Part shown: positions 27,347 through 40,336 of the stretch, in pieces
How positions within the stretch are numbered: the first letter of the stretch is position 1
Layout: every line of letters begins with the position of its first letter
Program-made: the position numbers and the translations under genes
Assembly (NCBI GenBank): GCA_951406725.2
Contig: OX597815.1
Location: forward strand, 77,128,001 to 77,192,000
Source of the DNA: Octopus vulgaris
Taxonomy: Eukaryota
Direction: 5' to 3'
Length of the DNA stretch: 64,000 bases
Notes under the pieces: model-generated
Databases searched by the model: none
What the model was told of the DNA's origin: nothing
What the model saw: the letters and a program-made list of their open reading frames with translations, nothing else

Positions 27347-28053
27347 GTTATAGAAAAGAGGAATTTCGATTATCCCCACGTGGTAAGTTGTAATGTTTAT
27401 AAGAAATTTAAAAAGGAAAATACGCACACTTACATAGTTTTAATATAATTTTTAATATATCGACCGGTTTCGCTATCGCTATTCATGATATTATGTTTTA
27501 CTTATTTGAATATATATGTTTTGTTATGAAGAAATTTTGTCCATGTTGTGTGTGATGAAATTCACGAGTGAATGACTTCACAAGTAGATAAATAAAGGGA
27601 GGTAATTGGTTGTTGATATTATTGTTATTGTTGTGGCTAAGGGAGATAACTGTTCAGCTTTCGGTATTGGGTGGGGATTATATATGTGTACAGACAGAGA
27701 CAAGTTTCAAAAACCTTGTTTAGTAGGGGATTTATGTACAGTGATGTAATCGTGAATTGAAATATGTAAAAAGATAAAAGTTGGTTATGCGTGCATTTAA
27801 GACGTGTTTTGTATTTTTCAATGAAAAAAGTTTCTTTATTTAAACGTTCTAGTTGAGAGATTGCGTCTTTGCACTGGTAGAAAGGGAAGACTGTGAAATT
27901 TGGTTCGATGTTACCTGCACATTTTTCTATATGTTCACTGAGAGGAATTTGTCTGTATTGCGGGAAAGTGATTTGCTCTTTATGCAGAGTGATTCTCTTT
28001 CTCAAGGTCATACTTGTTTGTCCACTATAGTGGTGTCCGCAACCCGAGCAGGA
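27345..28053 (-). mobile_element. 3' end of a third PLE lineage (GIY-YIG endonuclease and hammerhead)
   Basis: Minus frame CSGCGHHYSGQTSMTLRKRITLH…LSEHIEKC…ERLNKETFFIEKYK. It ends in (TA)n after a hammerhead-like motif. Confidence 0.8.
27457..27491 (-). ncRNA. Minimal type I hammerhead-like motif with an A3-U8 variant core
   Basis: Minus strand atatc-ATGAATA-gc gata gc-GAAA-ccgg-TC-gatat. Perfect stems I and II, palindromic stem III, GUC site. Confidence 0.7.
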
Positions 28054-28930
28054 GAGAAGAAATGCGTGTAGTAGCTACCGATCTATCATGGCGACTGCCA
28101 GACAGAAGGGTCACACAGAAGAGCGAAGAAGTAGGGGAGATAACAAAGTAAAGAGGACCCCCCAACACGAAGGTGCGTGTGTGTATAAGAGAGTATGTAT
28201 GTGCATGTGAAAGAGAGCTGGTGGTCTTGATGCGTGCGTGGGTGTATGTGTAGGTGTGAAAATGTGGGGATGGGAATTGGTCAGTGCTGGTGTGTGGGTG
28301 GTGTGATGTGATGTCTAGTGTGGTATGGTGTAGTGTGGTGTGGTGTGATGTTGAGTGGTGGGGGAAACGAGAGTGGGGAAAGCACGAGTGGGGTGTGGGT
28401 TAGGCTGAATGTTGGGATATGTGGGTCGGTAGAGGGTGGGGGTAGAGGTGGGGTTTGTGTGTAGGCAGAGGGTGTGGGTAGAGGTGAGGTATGTGGGAGA
28501 GGGTGTAAGGGATGGGATGGGAAGGACAGGGAAGGTGGAGTAGGAATATTAGGGGTGAGGTGGTTTTATGAGGGAGAGTTGACGATGAAGGGGGAAGGAG
28601 AAGGTGGGTATGTGAGAAGAGAGAGAGAGTAAGAGAGAAGAAAGAAGAGAGAAAGAGAGTAAGAGAGAAGAGAGTAAGTGAGAAGAGAGAAAGAGAGAAT
28701 GAAAGAGTAAGAGAGAAGAGAGAAAGAGAGTAAGAGAGAAAGAGAGTAAGCGAGAAGAGAGTAAATGAGAAGAAAGAAAGAGAGTACGGGTGAAGAGAAG
28801 TAAGAGTCTGGGCAAGAGAGGAGAGGTGGGTAGGAAGAAGTAGGAGGGAGAGGGAAAGAGGCAAGGGAAGGAGGTTAGAGGAAGAGGGGAGGAGAGTTGA
28901 GCCCAAATGGAATAAAGGAGCGAAGAGGGA
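28050..28930 (-). mobile_element. 3' end of a Neptune-type PLE (ORF end, pyrimidine-rich tail, partial pLTR)
   Basis: Minus strand encodes SLRSFIPFGLNS, then the CT-rich tail and pLTR sequence (cgccatg…tagctact.cacgcattt) seen at 39385-40305. Confidence 0.8.
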
Positions 28931-28959
28931 ATATATATATAAATATATATACAGACACT

Positions 28960-29711
<752 letters not shown>

Positions 29712-29879
29712 CGACGGGCTTCTTTCAGTTCCCGTCTATGAAATCCACTTACAAGGCTATTGTTGGCCCGAAGCTACAATAGAAGACACTTAACCAATGG
29801 TGACGCGCAGTATGACTGAACTCGGAACCATCAATTTATCCTCCTCTGGGGATCGAATGCTGAAGCCAGTTTATTACGG

Positions 29880-30420
29880 TGCCAGTACCTGCTGTTCTAG
29901 TATCCAATTCAACCTCCAGCCTTCTATGATTCGTTTATGCAGCAGCCTCGAAATACTTGGATTACTCCATTTGGTTCAATGATATTCGACTAACTTGCAG
30001 GGTGACCTGTGAATACTTTCTTGGCGGGACCACTGTCTCAGTCTTTGTAACACTTAATCTTATCTCTACCTTGCAACACTCGGCAACGAACTCATTCAGA
30101 GCATATGGAGATCACCTCCTAATTAGCCAAGTAGCACCGTATCGTCTGCAAATATCAGCCAACCGATCTTACGTTTACCAATTGTAATTACACTTCCACA
30201 ACGGCTACGTTCATAAAAATTAGGAAAAGGAGAGGTAACAGTTACTCACTCCTACCGAAGTCTAAGATCTACGTTGAAAGGTTTCGAAAAATCACCACTT
30301 ACTCGTACACAGACAGCTATGCATTCGTAATAAGAACTTCACAACAACCAAAAGTTATCTATTAATCTCAAACACCTGCAAACCCCCTCCAGAGCATTAC
30401 CGCGGCACACAATCATATGC
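29880..30420 (-). mobile_element. Highly degraded LINE RT (RTE-like)
   Basis: Minus-strand pieces CVRVSGDFSKPFNV…LPLLFLIFMN and ALNEFVAEC…SVTKTE…KY. Confidence 0.55.
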
Positions 30421-30566
30421 CTTTATATATATCTAAAGACATAGCTAATGAAGTTCATAAGATAATACTTAATTCCTTTATCATCTCCCTTTCTTATCGC
30501 TTTTTCGTTCTGAAACTTACGTATATTGAGATCTATATTGGGTTGTAGATCTCGCAATTCCTAAGC

Positions 30567-30631
<65 letters not shown>

Positions 30632-30636
<5 letters not shown>

Positions 30637-31000
30637 CTGTATTAGATCTGTCGGGATTGGTCGGGATTGGTCAGAATATTGCTGACGTCCCGTTCTGCTT
30701 GACTAAGCCACCTAACGAAACGATTGGTCAAGGAGCAGATCTAATACAGCTATAGGTCGGGATTGGTCAGAATATTGATGACGTCCCGTTCTGCTTGACT
30801 AAGCCACCTAACGAAACGATTGGTCAAAACAGGATACAGACAAGGGGCAGATCTAATACAGCTATAGGTCGGGATTGGTCGGAATATTGATGACGTCCCG
30901 TTCTGCTTGACTAAGCCACCTAAAGAAACGATTGGTCAAAACGTTGATGACGTCACGTTACGCTGGACTGGCCACCTAACAGGTGATATAAAACCCAAAC
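30632..31000 (+). repeat. About 95-112-bp tandem repeat (x3) with 19-bp inverted ends, rich in CCAAT/CRE motifs
   Basis: TATAGCTGTATTAGATCTG at 30632-30650 is inverted at 30736-30754 and 30848-30866. The units carry GATTGG and TGACGTC. Confidence 0.85.
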
Positions 31001-31106
31001 AATTCACAAGGTTCGCCAGAACGATCCAGCGAACACCGACCAAAAGTCATCACAGTTACTCAAGGTAAAATCTAAAATGAATTCCTCGCTCTTTCAGGAA
31101 CACCAA

Positions 31107-31210
31107 TTTTTTATATTGACTGCATATCACCACTTTGATCTATTTTTTATATTGACTGCATATCACCACTTTGATCTATTTTTTATATTGAATGCATATC
31201 ACCACTATGA
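31107..31210 (+). repeat. 36-bp minisatellite x3
   Basis: ttttttatattgactgcatatcaccactttgatcta repeated. Confidence 0.9.
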
Positions 31211-31440
31211 ACCACTACATCATACTCTCTAAACATATAGCATGAACGAACTCACTTCACAGTTTTTTATATTTGATAGCATGAACTATCTTTTTTTATA
31301 TATAACTTTTTTTGATAAGGTTCTCAAGAACCGAAACATGTTATAATGTATATATAAAAATTAAAAATTTGTCTACTATAGCAGCATTTTCGAACTTCAT
31401 TTTTTACAAATATATACCCACTCGTATACGAGCTAATCTC

Positions 31441-31545
<105 letters not shown>

Positions 31546-31639
31546 TATTACATTAAGGGTTGATACTATAGGTAGTACTAATTTTTACGCTCGGTGCTTG
31601 ATAAAATCTTATATAGATTTTATCCTTATATTCAATTGT

Positions 31640-31693
<54 letters not shown>

Positions 31694-31925
31694 AATTGAG
31701 ATAGGGGTTGTAAATGCAACCCTCCATGGGAAAACATATATCCAATATACTGCTAGTGAAGAACCTAACAAAGTTAATACATAAATGTTAAGAATTGCGA
31801 TGCAATTAATTCATCTACTGTATTATATGGGCAAAGGTAAAATATTTTACCACAAATTCATAATACAAAATAAGAAAATGGAGAATTGATATTTGATTTG
31901 GATGTATTTCTCCGTTTTCTTATTT

Positions 31926-32000
<75 letters not shown>

Positions 32001-32619
32001 ATGTATGTATGTATGTATGTATGTATGTGTGTGTGTAATTTAATTGATATATGAGTGTGTGTACATGTAGGTATATATACGCGTATATTTCCATATATAT
32101 ATTCTAAATGCATGTATATATGTGTGTGCGCGTGCCTGTGCGGGTGTGCGTGCCTGTGCGTGTGTGTGTGTGTGTGTGAGTGAGTGAGTGAGTGTGTGTG
32201 AGTAAAATCAGTAGGTTACAGAAGAGCAATATCTTTATCATCTCAGATAAAGCTAAAAATATTTACGTGGAAAGACAAATTTTCATCACTTTATATCCAT
32301 CTGAGTTTCAGTCGTTTACACAAGAACTTACTACGTCAGCTTACATGACATCAGCACTTTTGTGCAGAATGTTTTATTGAACTAATATTTTAGCAATATC
32401 TTTATTTTAAAGGACTGCAAACTTAAATTCGCCACCCGCCCACCCTTCCACAGAAATATTAAAACCTCTGCAATTTATCTGGGCATTATTGGCAAAAATA
32501 TATATCAGGCTCTGTCTTCTCCTCTCCTTTAGAATAAATAACATTACGTTATAAATTGGTTTAACTCTGCTTTGGAAATGAATGTTACTTTTTTTCGATT
32601 CACTATTAGGAACTATTTC

Positions 32620-32826
32620 CCGGTTTCAATGGTGTATGTGTCTTCCAGCTGGACGGGACGCCAGTCCATCGCAGCGTTACTCATTTTTGCCTGCTGAGTG
32701 GTCTGGAGCAACGTGAAATGAAGTGTTTGGCTCAACAACACAACGAGTCGCCCGGTTCAGGAATCGAAACCACAATCTAAAGATCATGATGCTGACACCC
32801 TAACCACTAAGCCACGTGCCTCCACA
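32620..32826 (-). mobile_element. tRNA-derived SINE
   Basis: Minus strand ggaggcacgtggcttagtggttagg (A box) … ggtttcgattcc (B box). Confidence 0.7.
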
Positions 32827-33308
32827 TTTAGGAACTATTACTTGTCAATAATCAAATATATTCCTACTGCAGACTCTGCAGACTCAACTTTGTTGAATTC
32901 ATTAACCCTATCAAACCCCTGGCAGAAGTTATATTACACGGTAGACAAATCTATCATTTTATGCCCCACCCCCACCCCAGAACACTGTTATACAGATTTT
33001 AAAATGCAAAATACTGAAACCTCCACCATGAGCAAGAGGACATGGGTTAGCAAAGTAGTTAGCAAAGTAGTTGAAGCATACGCTTAAAATTCTTTACGCG
33101 AGAAATCCCCCTTCATTTCTGGCGTATATAGAGGAACGATGGTTCGCTTTTACTTAGATGCTTTAACCCGTAAATAATAAAACGTTTCTGAAGGAATCGT
33201 TGCGAATTCTTCAAATATTTAGTCTTTCTAAAACAGTTGATTCACGTATAAAAGTTTGTTTAATTTCTTTGGTGCCACTTCATACACAGATAAGCATAAT
33301 GAAAATCC

Positions 33309-33358
<50 letters not shown>

Positions 33359-33484
33359 AGAGAAAAACCTCTATTAAACAATTCAATAATGAAAGATGTT
33401 ATTCATACCATATAGAAAACATATGCTATAAAAACCTTATTCTAAAAATCAATAAAATACAATAAATAGTAAATAGTAGTAAAA

Positions 33485-33608
33485 ATACTACACGCGTTTC
33501 GTGGCTATATTTTCAAATAGACAATGATAGTAAAATCAATTCGATTTAAAATTAAATCTATCTAAAATTAATTCTATTTAAAAAATATACTCACTCATCA
33601 GGTCTACA
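33485..33608 (-). ncRNA. Hammerhead-like motif with a very long stem II (probably decayed)
   Basis: Minus strand CTGATGA-gtg…(about 95-nt AT-rich hairpin)…cac-GAAA-cgcg-T. Stem I and position 17 are defective. Confidence 0.5.
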
Positions 33609-35124
33609 ATAATAGATAAAAATAATAATAGAATAAATGTACTTAACTTAACTTATACTAATTATCAAATAAATATATAAAAATAGTTTATTAACTATAA
33701 ATAATCGAAAAACATTTAACAATATTTCTTAAAATAAAAACATAACTTATCTTATCGAAGGATTTCCGTTAACTAAAAATTTAAATGTAATACGTAAAGC
33801 TTAGCGTTTATAAGAAATATATCGCATGAAAATATGGCGTAAATAGAATTTAAAGAAGAAATAGATAGAAATATGTATTTAAGCTATTAAAATTACAAAT
33901 GTACTTTAGCTGTGAGAATAAGAAAAAAATTAACTTTAATATTCCATTTACTGGAAAAATTGTAAAGTCTAAATAGTTTAGATACTAAATACGTAAAATA
34001 CATAATATAATAAACATAAATTAAGTTAAAATTCTATAATTTAATCTATTTGCATTAATTTATTTATTTTATAAGCATCTAATTTTCATCTTATTCTAAT
34101 TATGTAATATACATTATATAATCTCGTCCTAATTTATACACATTTTACTACTACAAAGTATTCACCAGTGAACAACTTTGGGTGGGGCCGAAAGCAGTGT
34201 GTTATAATTATTGTGCCCGGAAGAATTTGGTGCAAAGCCTATTGATAGCGTAAAGAGGGAGAAACGTTGTCGAGGAGGCAGCGTCTTCTGGAAAAACTGA
34301 GGTCTGAGAGGAAGAGTTGTCGATAGGAAAAGGAGAAAATCTCATGAAGATATGCAGGCTAATCTTTTGGAGTTGTATGATTTTGTGAAGAGAAAGTGCT
34401 GAAACGTCAGGTCAGAATACCTTTTTCAGATGAGGAAGCGTCGAAAGAAACAAAGAAATTTTAACAAAAATCCATTCGGTTGTACAAAGAATATTTCTGA
34501 AGTGGACGTCAAGTACCAGAAGTCATAACCGTTTCGAGCAGTTACACTTGAGACAGTTCGACCTGGTTGCCCCAAAAAAAGTCTAAGCTAAGAGCATTAG
34601 ACCTTTTTGTAAGAAAGCTAGGGAATGTGTACGGCAACAAAGACAAAAAACGGGGAACATGGTAGACAATTACAAATACAAATACAAGAAAATAATAACT
34701 GGTGTCTTTCGACTGAAAACGAACCAAATTGAGCTGGCGTGCATGAAGTGAAAGCCTAAAGGCAGGAACACAGGAGATGGACATAAGAGGTGTTGGCGGT
34801 CGGCAGTCAGGCCAAGAAAGAAATATCATGGCTGGCCGAACTTCGGTCACGTGGAAGGAAGAGAGAGGGTTAGGGGGAAGCGGGACTGAAGGATTAGAAA
34901 AAATCAAAGAGAAAGGTACAAGGGTGATAAATGAGGGGGAAATAGTGTGTGTTAAAGAGAGGAAAAAGAAATGTGTGAAAGAGAGGGGTAGCGAGAAAAA
35001 GAAAAGGGGAAGAAATTGTGAGAGGGACTAAAGAGTACGAGTCGTACAAAATTTAGATACATACCTACTATAAGGTGAAGATATATATGTTTGTGTGTGT
35101 GATGGACTCTCGAGCTCATATATA

Positions 35125-35200
<76 letters not shown>

Positions 35201-35453
35201 TGGAGCCATTGCAGATTTCCGATATAGCGGATATATAATTGTTAAAAAGGACAAGTCATAAAACTGCGGCCATGCTGGTGCACCACCTTGGAGTATTTTT
35301 GTCGAATGAATCAGCCCCAGTTTGTTTTTTAAGTTTGGTACTTATTCTATCAGTCTCTTTTGGTGAACCGCTAAGTTACAGGGATGCAAGCACACCAACA
35401 CCGGTTGTTAAGCGGTGATGGGGAACAAACACAGACACAAAGACACACACACA

Positions 35454-35528
<75 letters not shown>

Positions 35529-35773
35529 CCTTATACATACTAATACATACACCAACCCTATACATACACACGTCCAGACCCCTCCTACGCACTATTAGCT
35601 GGTCCTTCAACCCTATTATCAACCCTATTATCAACCCTATTATCTCCCCTTATTTCGCTCTCGCGTCTCATGTTTGATCTTTGACCTCTGGCCGAAATCA
35701 GATCGCCATGTTGATTCGTTAGCTACTGCACGCATTTTTTTCTCTCCTTCTTTCTGTGTTTTTTCTCTGTGTA

Positions 35774-35811
35774 TCTTTCTGTTGAAGAGCGTAGGCTCGA
35801 AGCGTTAAAGA
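35774..35811 (+). ncRNA. Hammerhead-like motif in the 5' pLTR (GAAA mutated to GAAG)
   Basis: tcttt-CTGTTGAA-gagc gtag gctc-GAAG-cg-TT-aaaga. Confidence 0.5.
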
Positions 35812-36791
35812 CTTGTTTTATTTATATTTCCTGAGCGCCATACTAATACAATTGCTCGTTTGTTTTCCACCTGCCTTCGTCTTTTGTCTATTTTCATAAA
35901 GCTTCCCGTTATATATTATGCGCTCACGTGGTCTCACTTTCATCCTATATTCTACCAATACCACTATCAACACTTACCTCTACCTTGGATTTTCTTTACC
36001 TCTTGGATACTTACCATTGGCTGCACCTCTCTTTCACGGATCAAAGTGACTTTGCATTGATGTGAAATCCTTAAAAAATATACCACGACGTCTACACATT
36101 TCTCACCTTGAACTTTCAACCTTGAACTTGTTCGCATAAACTGTCCCGTTTGTTGTATTTTTATTTTCTCTTATATTACCACTTTTTTTACATTCATTTC
36201 ATGCTTTCCACATTTTCCTGCATTTTTGTTCTCCTTTCCGTCTTTCTTCCCTCTCTGGATGTCCATACTCCGTTTCCTCTGCCTGCACCCCCCTTTTTTG
36301 CCTCCCCCTCTCTCTGCTTCCCTTCTTTCTTTCCCTTTTCCGTTTGCCCCGTCTTTTCTGCCCCTATCGCTTACTTATCTAGTTTTTTCATACGATTATT
36401 ATTTTTTTGTTTTTTTGAACGTTTGTTTTTTTCCCTTTTTTCGCTATCCCTTTTTTTCTTTTTTTCATACGATAATTTTTGTTTTTTGTTTTTTTTGTTT
36501 TTTCGAACGTTTTTTTCCGCTATCCCATCATGCTGGATCCTAGGTCCTACCTCCTCACCCTCCATCACCGTTTGAAGGATCATCTCCGTTCTCTTCCTGT
36601 ATATTGCCTTCAGCCGTCCGTTAAACTCTCTCTACTTCTTTTTAAAAAACCGCTTCTCTAGCCATGTCTCTTTCCTAAGCCGCTGCCTACATCACCTACT
36701 CATCCCTAAAGGTTTCCGCCTCCACTTCCACCCTGCTCTCCACTCGGATTCTTCCATCTTACCCATACTCCGCACCACATCTTACCGCCTT

Positions 36792-39782
36792 ATGCGGGCC
36801 ACCATTCGCTCCAATCTCTCCAAACTACATGCCATCAACCGCCTTCTTCCTCCTGCTTTCTCCACCTTCTTCTCCTCTCTGCCGCCTCTCTATGCTCCAA
36901 ACACGCTACGCTTCATTATCCATTTGAATCAACTCTTCCATCAATTTCTTTCTGATACCAAACTTCGTAAACTCCAATCACTCTTCCATTCCACCCTACC
37001 CGACGCCACTACCCCAACTCCTCCACCACCCTTCTCCCCTCCCGATAGGCTCCATCCACCCACACCTAACCCCACTGCCCCTCCCTACAACCCCTTCTCC
37101 CCTCCCGATAGGCTCCATCCACCTACACCTAACCCTACTGCCCCGCCCAACCACCCCCCACACACCTCCCCAATCCCTCCCCCTCAGACCTCCACGAGAC
37201 CTACCACCCCTCCTACTTCTATTCCACCCACCCCTTCTCCACTTCCGTCTGTTGTTACCATTCCCCCCGATCTTCCCCTCTCTGCGGCTGAACGCTCCGT
37301 CCTTGGTAGGGGTCTGCGTTTCATCCCCCTCACTCCATCCTTTAAGGAATTCCAGACGCGAGTTGATGTCCACAGCTTTGTGCGCCGTGTCCGGTTGGGT
37401 GCGCATTACCACGACTCGCCACCCACACCCAACGAAGAGGACTGCTTCACTGGCCTGGGCCGCCGACCATCCCCGTGGACGCCTGCCCCTGGCCAGATCC
37501 TAGCAGTGGATCTTTTCGCGGGCGCTTGTCAGCGTGCATTGGAGCGGTTCAACTTCTCCAGGCGCCAACGCCGCCTCAACATCTCCCCGGCTGAGCTCTT
37601 GGCTCTTCGTTCCCTCCAACGGCGCGCTGACATTATCATCAAACCGGCTGACAAGGGTGGAGCTGTAGTGGTGTGGCGCGCGGACCTCTATAGGGCCGAG
37701 GCTTTCCGCCAACTCAATGACACCTCCTTCTATTCCCCTCTGCCCTCTAACCCCACACGTAGCTACCAACAGACGGTATCCTCTACTGTCCACGACCTCA
37801 TCTCGTCCTCCCGTCTCCCCCGCACCGCATCCAACCTAATTGTGCGAACCCCACGTACCCCCACCATTTACTTCCTCCCCAAAATCCACAAACCCAACAA
37901 CCCTGGCCGCCCCATCGTCTCCGCCTGTAACTGCCCCACGGAGCTCATCTCTAAATACCTCGACCGTGTCCTTGCCCCCCTAGTGGCATCTCTTCCCTCC
38001 CACATCCACGATACCAACCATGCTCTCCGGCTTTTCAACTCTTTCTCCTTTCCTCCCGGCTCCTCCAAAATCCTTTATACTATGGACATCCAAAGCCTCT
38101 ATACTGTTATCCCTCACCACGAAGGACTGCAGGCCCTTCGACACTTTCTTGACCTCCGCTCTAACCCTGTACCTGACACCTCCACACTCATTCGTCTGGC
38201 CGAACTTGTCCTTACTCTGAACTGCTTCTCGTTCGCGGGCGAGTTCTACCATCAGGTCTCGGGAGTGGCCATGGGAACGCGAATGGGCCCCAACTATGCG
38301 AACCTGTTCGTTGGCTATGTTGAGGCCCAAATATTCTCTAATTTCACTGGTCCCACTCCTGAACTATATGGTCGTTACATCGACGACATTATCGGTGCCA
38401 CCTCACTCTCCCGCGAACATCTAGATTCCTTCCTCTCTTTCGTCCAATCTTTCCATCCAGCCCTCCACTTCACTTCCACTATCTCCAACACCTCTGTCTC
38501 CTTCCTCGACATTTCGGTTAGCATTCTTCACTCCACTCTTACCACCTCCATTCACTACAAACACACAGACTCACACTCATACCTCAACTTCTCTTCCTCC
38601 CACCCAGAACACACCAAGCTTTCCATCCCCTATTCCCAATTCCTCCGTCTACGTAGGCTCTGTAGTGACGACCATGACTTTGAGACTCAGTCTCAACGTA
38701 TGGCTCACCACTTCACCCTACGTGGATACCCCCTCACCACTATCCACACCGCCCTTGCCAGAGCACGGTCCGTGGACCGTGTATCTGCTCTCTCTCCCCG
38801 AACCCGCCCTGTAGTCTCCCGCTTCCCTTTTCCCCTCACTTACCACCCCACGACCCTACGTCTCCAACGCACCATTCTTCGAGCTTTCCGTCATCTCCAG
38901 TCCGCCCCGTCCACTTCACACCTCTTCCCTAACCGACCCCTCCCCTCTTTCAAACGAGCCCACAACCTTCGAGACCTTTTGGTCCATAGCTCCTTCCCTG
39001 ACCCTACCTCCCAACCCGGCTCGTTCCCCTGTTCCCGCCCACGTTGCCGCATTTGCCCTTACCTCTCCAACACCACCCGCCTCACTAGCACCCACCATCG
39101 ACCCTATCCCGTCATCCACTCCTTCACCTGCACCTCCAGCAATATTATCTATTGCATCTCTTGCTCTCTCTGCAATTCCTTGTACATCGGACAAACGGGA
39201 CGCCGCTGGGCTGACCGGTTCGCGGAACACCTTCGTGACATCCACCTTGCGAACGACACACCGGTCTCACGCCATTTCCGCTCCACCGGTCACTCCTTGC
39301 AACACCTATCTGTGTTCGGTTTGTCCTTACACAGAGGCCATCCGGATTCCCGTTTGCGCCGTGAACAGGAATTAATCTTCTCTCTTCGCTCTTATACGCC
39401 ATTTGGTCTCAACTCTCCCCCTCCTCATCTAACCCCCCTCTCCCCCTCCTCACCTATCCTTTCCCCCCGACCCCTACTTCTTCAGTCCTTCATCCTTTCA
39501 CCCCTACTCCCCTTCCCTTCTTCCCTCTTTCTCCCTCCCTCCTTCCCTCTTCCCCTTCCCTCTGCTCCCTCACTCCCTCACTCCCCTTCTCTCTCCCCCT
39601 CTCACACTTTCCTCCTTCCTCCCCCCTCATCCCCTTCCTTCTCCCCCTCCTCTCTCTCCCACATCCTCTCCTCTCCCCCCTCTCCTCCCCCTCTTCTTCC
39701 CTTCCCCTTCTCTCCCCCTCTTCTCCCCCTCCCCTCTTCTCCTCACTACACCACACGACTTTACACATCACATCATATATGA
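36792..39782 (+). CDS. PLE polyprotein: reverse transcriptase, Cys linker and GIY-YIG endonuclease (true extent probably 36530-39432)
   Basis: KPADKGG, YFLPKIHK..PGRPIVS, MDIQSLYT, GVAMGT, RYIDD, FPCSRPRCRIC (Neptune-type linker), IIYCISCSLC..LYIGQT, RFAEH and GLN motifs. Confidence 0.92.
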   Translation: MRATIRSNLSKLHAINRLLPPAFSTFFSSLPPLYAPNTLRFIIHLNQLFHQFLSDTKLRKLQSLFHSTLPDATTPTPPPPFSPPDRLHPPTPNPTAPPYNPFSPPDRLHPPTPNPTAPPNHPPHTSPIPPPQTSTRPTTPPTSIPPTPSPLPSVVTIPPDLPLSAAERSVLGRGLRFIPLTPSFKEFQTRVDVHSFVRRVRLGAHYHDSPPTPNEEDCFTGLGRRPSPWTPAPGQILAVDLFAGACQRALERFNFSRRQRRLNISPAELLALRSLQRRADIIIKPADKGGAVVVWRADLYRAEAFRQLNDTSFYSPLPSNPTRSYQQTVSSTVHDLISSSRLPRTASNLIVRTPRTPTIYFLPKIHKPNNPGRPIVSACNCPTELISKYLDRVLAPLVASLPSHIHDTNHALRLFNSFSFPPGSSKILYTMDIQSLYTVIPHHEGLQALRHFLDLRSNPVPDTSTLIRLAELVLTLNCFSFAGEFYHQVSGVAMGTRMGPNYANLFVGYVEAQIFSNFTGPTPELYGRYIDDIIGATSLSREHLDSFLSFVQSFHPALHFTSTISNTSVSFLDISVSILHSTLTTSIHYKHTDSHSYLNFSSSHPEHTKLSIPYSQFLRLRRLCSDDHDFETQSQRMAHHFTLRGYPLTTIHTALARARSVDRVSALSPRTRPVVSRFPFPLTYHPTTLRLQRTILRAFRHLQSAPSTSHLFPNRPLPSFKRAHNLRDLLVHSSFPDPTSQPGSFPCSRPRCRICPYLSNTTRLTSTHHRPYPVIHSFTCTSSNIIYCISCSLCNSLYIGQTGRRWADRFAEHLRDIHLANDTPVSRHFRSTGHSLQHLSVFGLSLHRGHPDSRLRREQELIFSLRSYTPFGLNSPPPHLTPLSPSSPILSPRPLLLQSFILSPLLPFPSSLFLPPSFPLPLPSAPSLPHSPSLSPSHTFLLPPPSSPSFSPSSLSHILSSPPSPPPLLPFPFSPPLLPLPSSPHYTTRLYTSHHI

Positions 39783-40033
39783 TGTGCCATACTAATACAT
39801 ACACCAACTAATACATACTAATATGTACTAATACATACTAATACATACTAATACATACACCAACCCTATACATACACACGTCCAGACCCCTCATACGCAC
39901 TTATACTCTCTCATACACACACACAAACACTTATACATACTAATACGTACTAATACATACTAATACATACTAATACATACACCAACCCCATACATACGCA
40001 CGTCCAGACCAATCCTACGCACTAATACTCTCT

Positions 40034-40068
<35 letters not shown>

Positions 40069-40336
40069 ATACATACTAATACATACACCAACCCTATACA
40101 TACACACGTCCAGACCCCTCCTACGCACTATTAGCTGGTCCTTCAACCCTATTATCAACCCTATTATCAACCCTATTATCAACCCTATTATCAACCCTAT
40201 TATCTCCCCTTATTTCGCTCTCGCGTCTCATGTTTGATCTTTGACCTCTGGCCGAAATCAGATCGCCATGTTGATTCGTTAGCTACTGCACGCATTTTTT
40301 TCTCTCCTTCTTTCTGTGTTTTTTTCTCTCTGTGTA

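Noticed and set aside
30661-31210. CRISPR-like repeat array
   Set aside because: Whole units are repeated with no unique spacers, the context is eukaryotic, and there are no cas genes.
36639-36649. Programmed -1 frameshift at TTTTTAAAAAA
   Set aside because: Joining the 36530 frame to the main ORF needs +1, not -1. A homopolymer indel is the simpler explanation.
39433-39782. Pro/Ser-rich C-terminal extension of the 996-aa ORF (similar ORFs at 52625-53248 and 28400-28906)
   Set aside because: It is the CT-rich 3' tail of the PLE, read through because of a frameshift. The related copy stops right after GLNSPLLFI.
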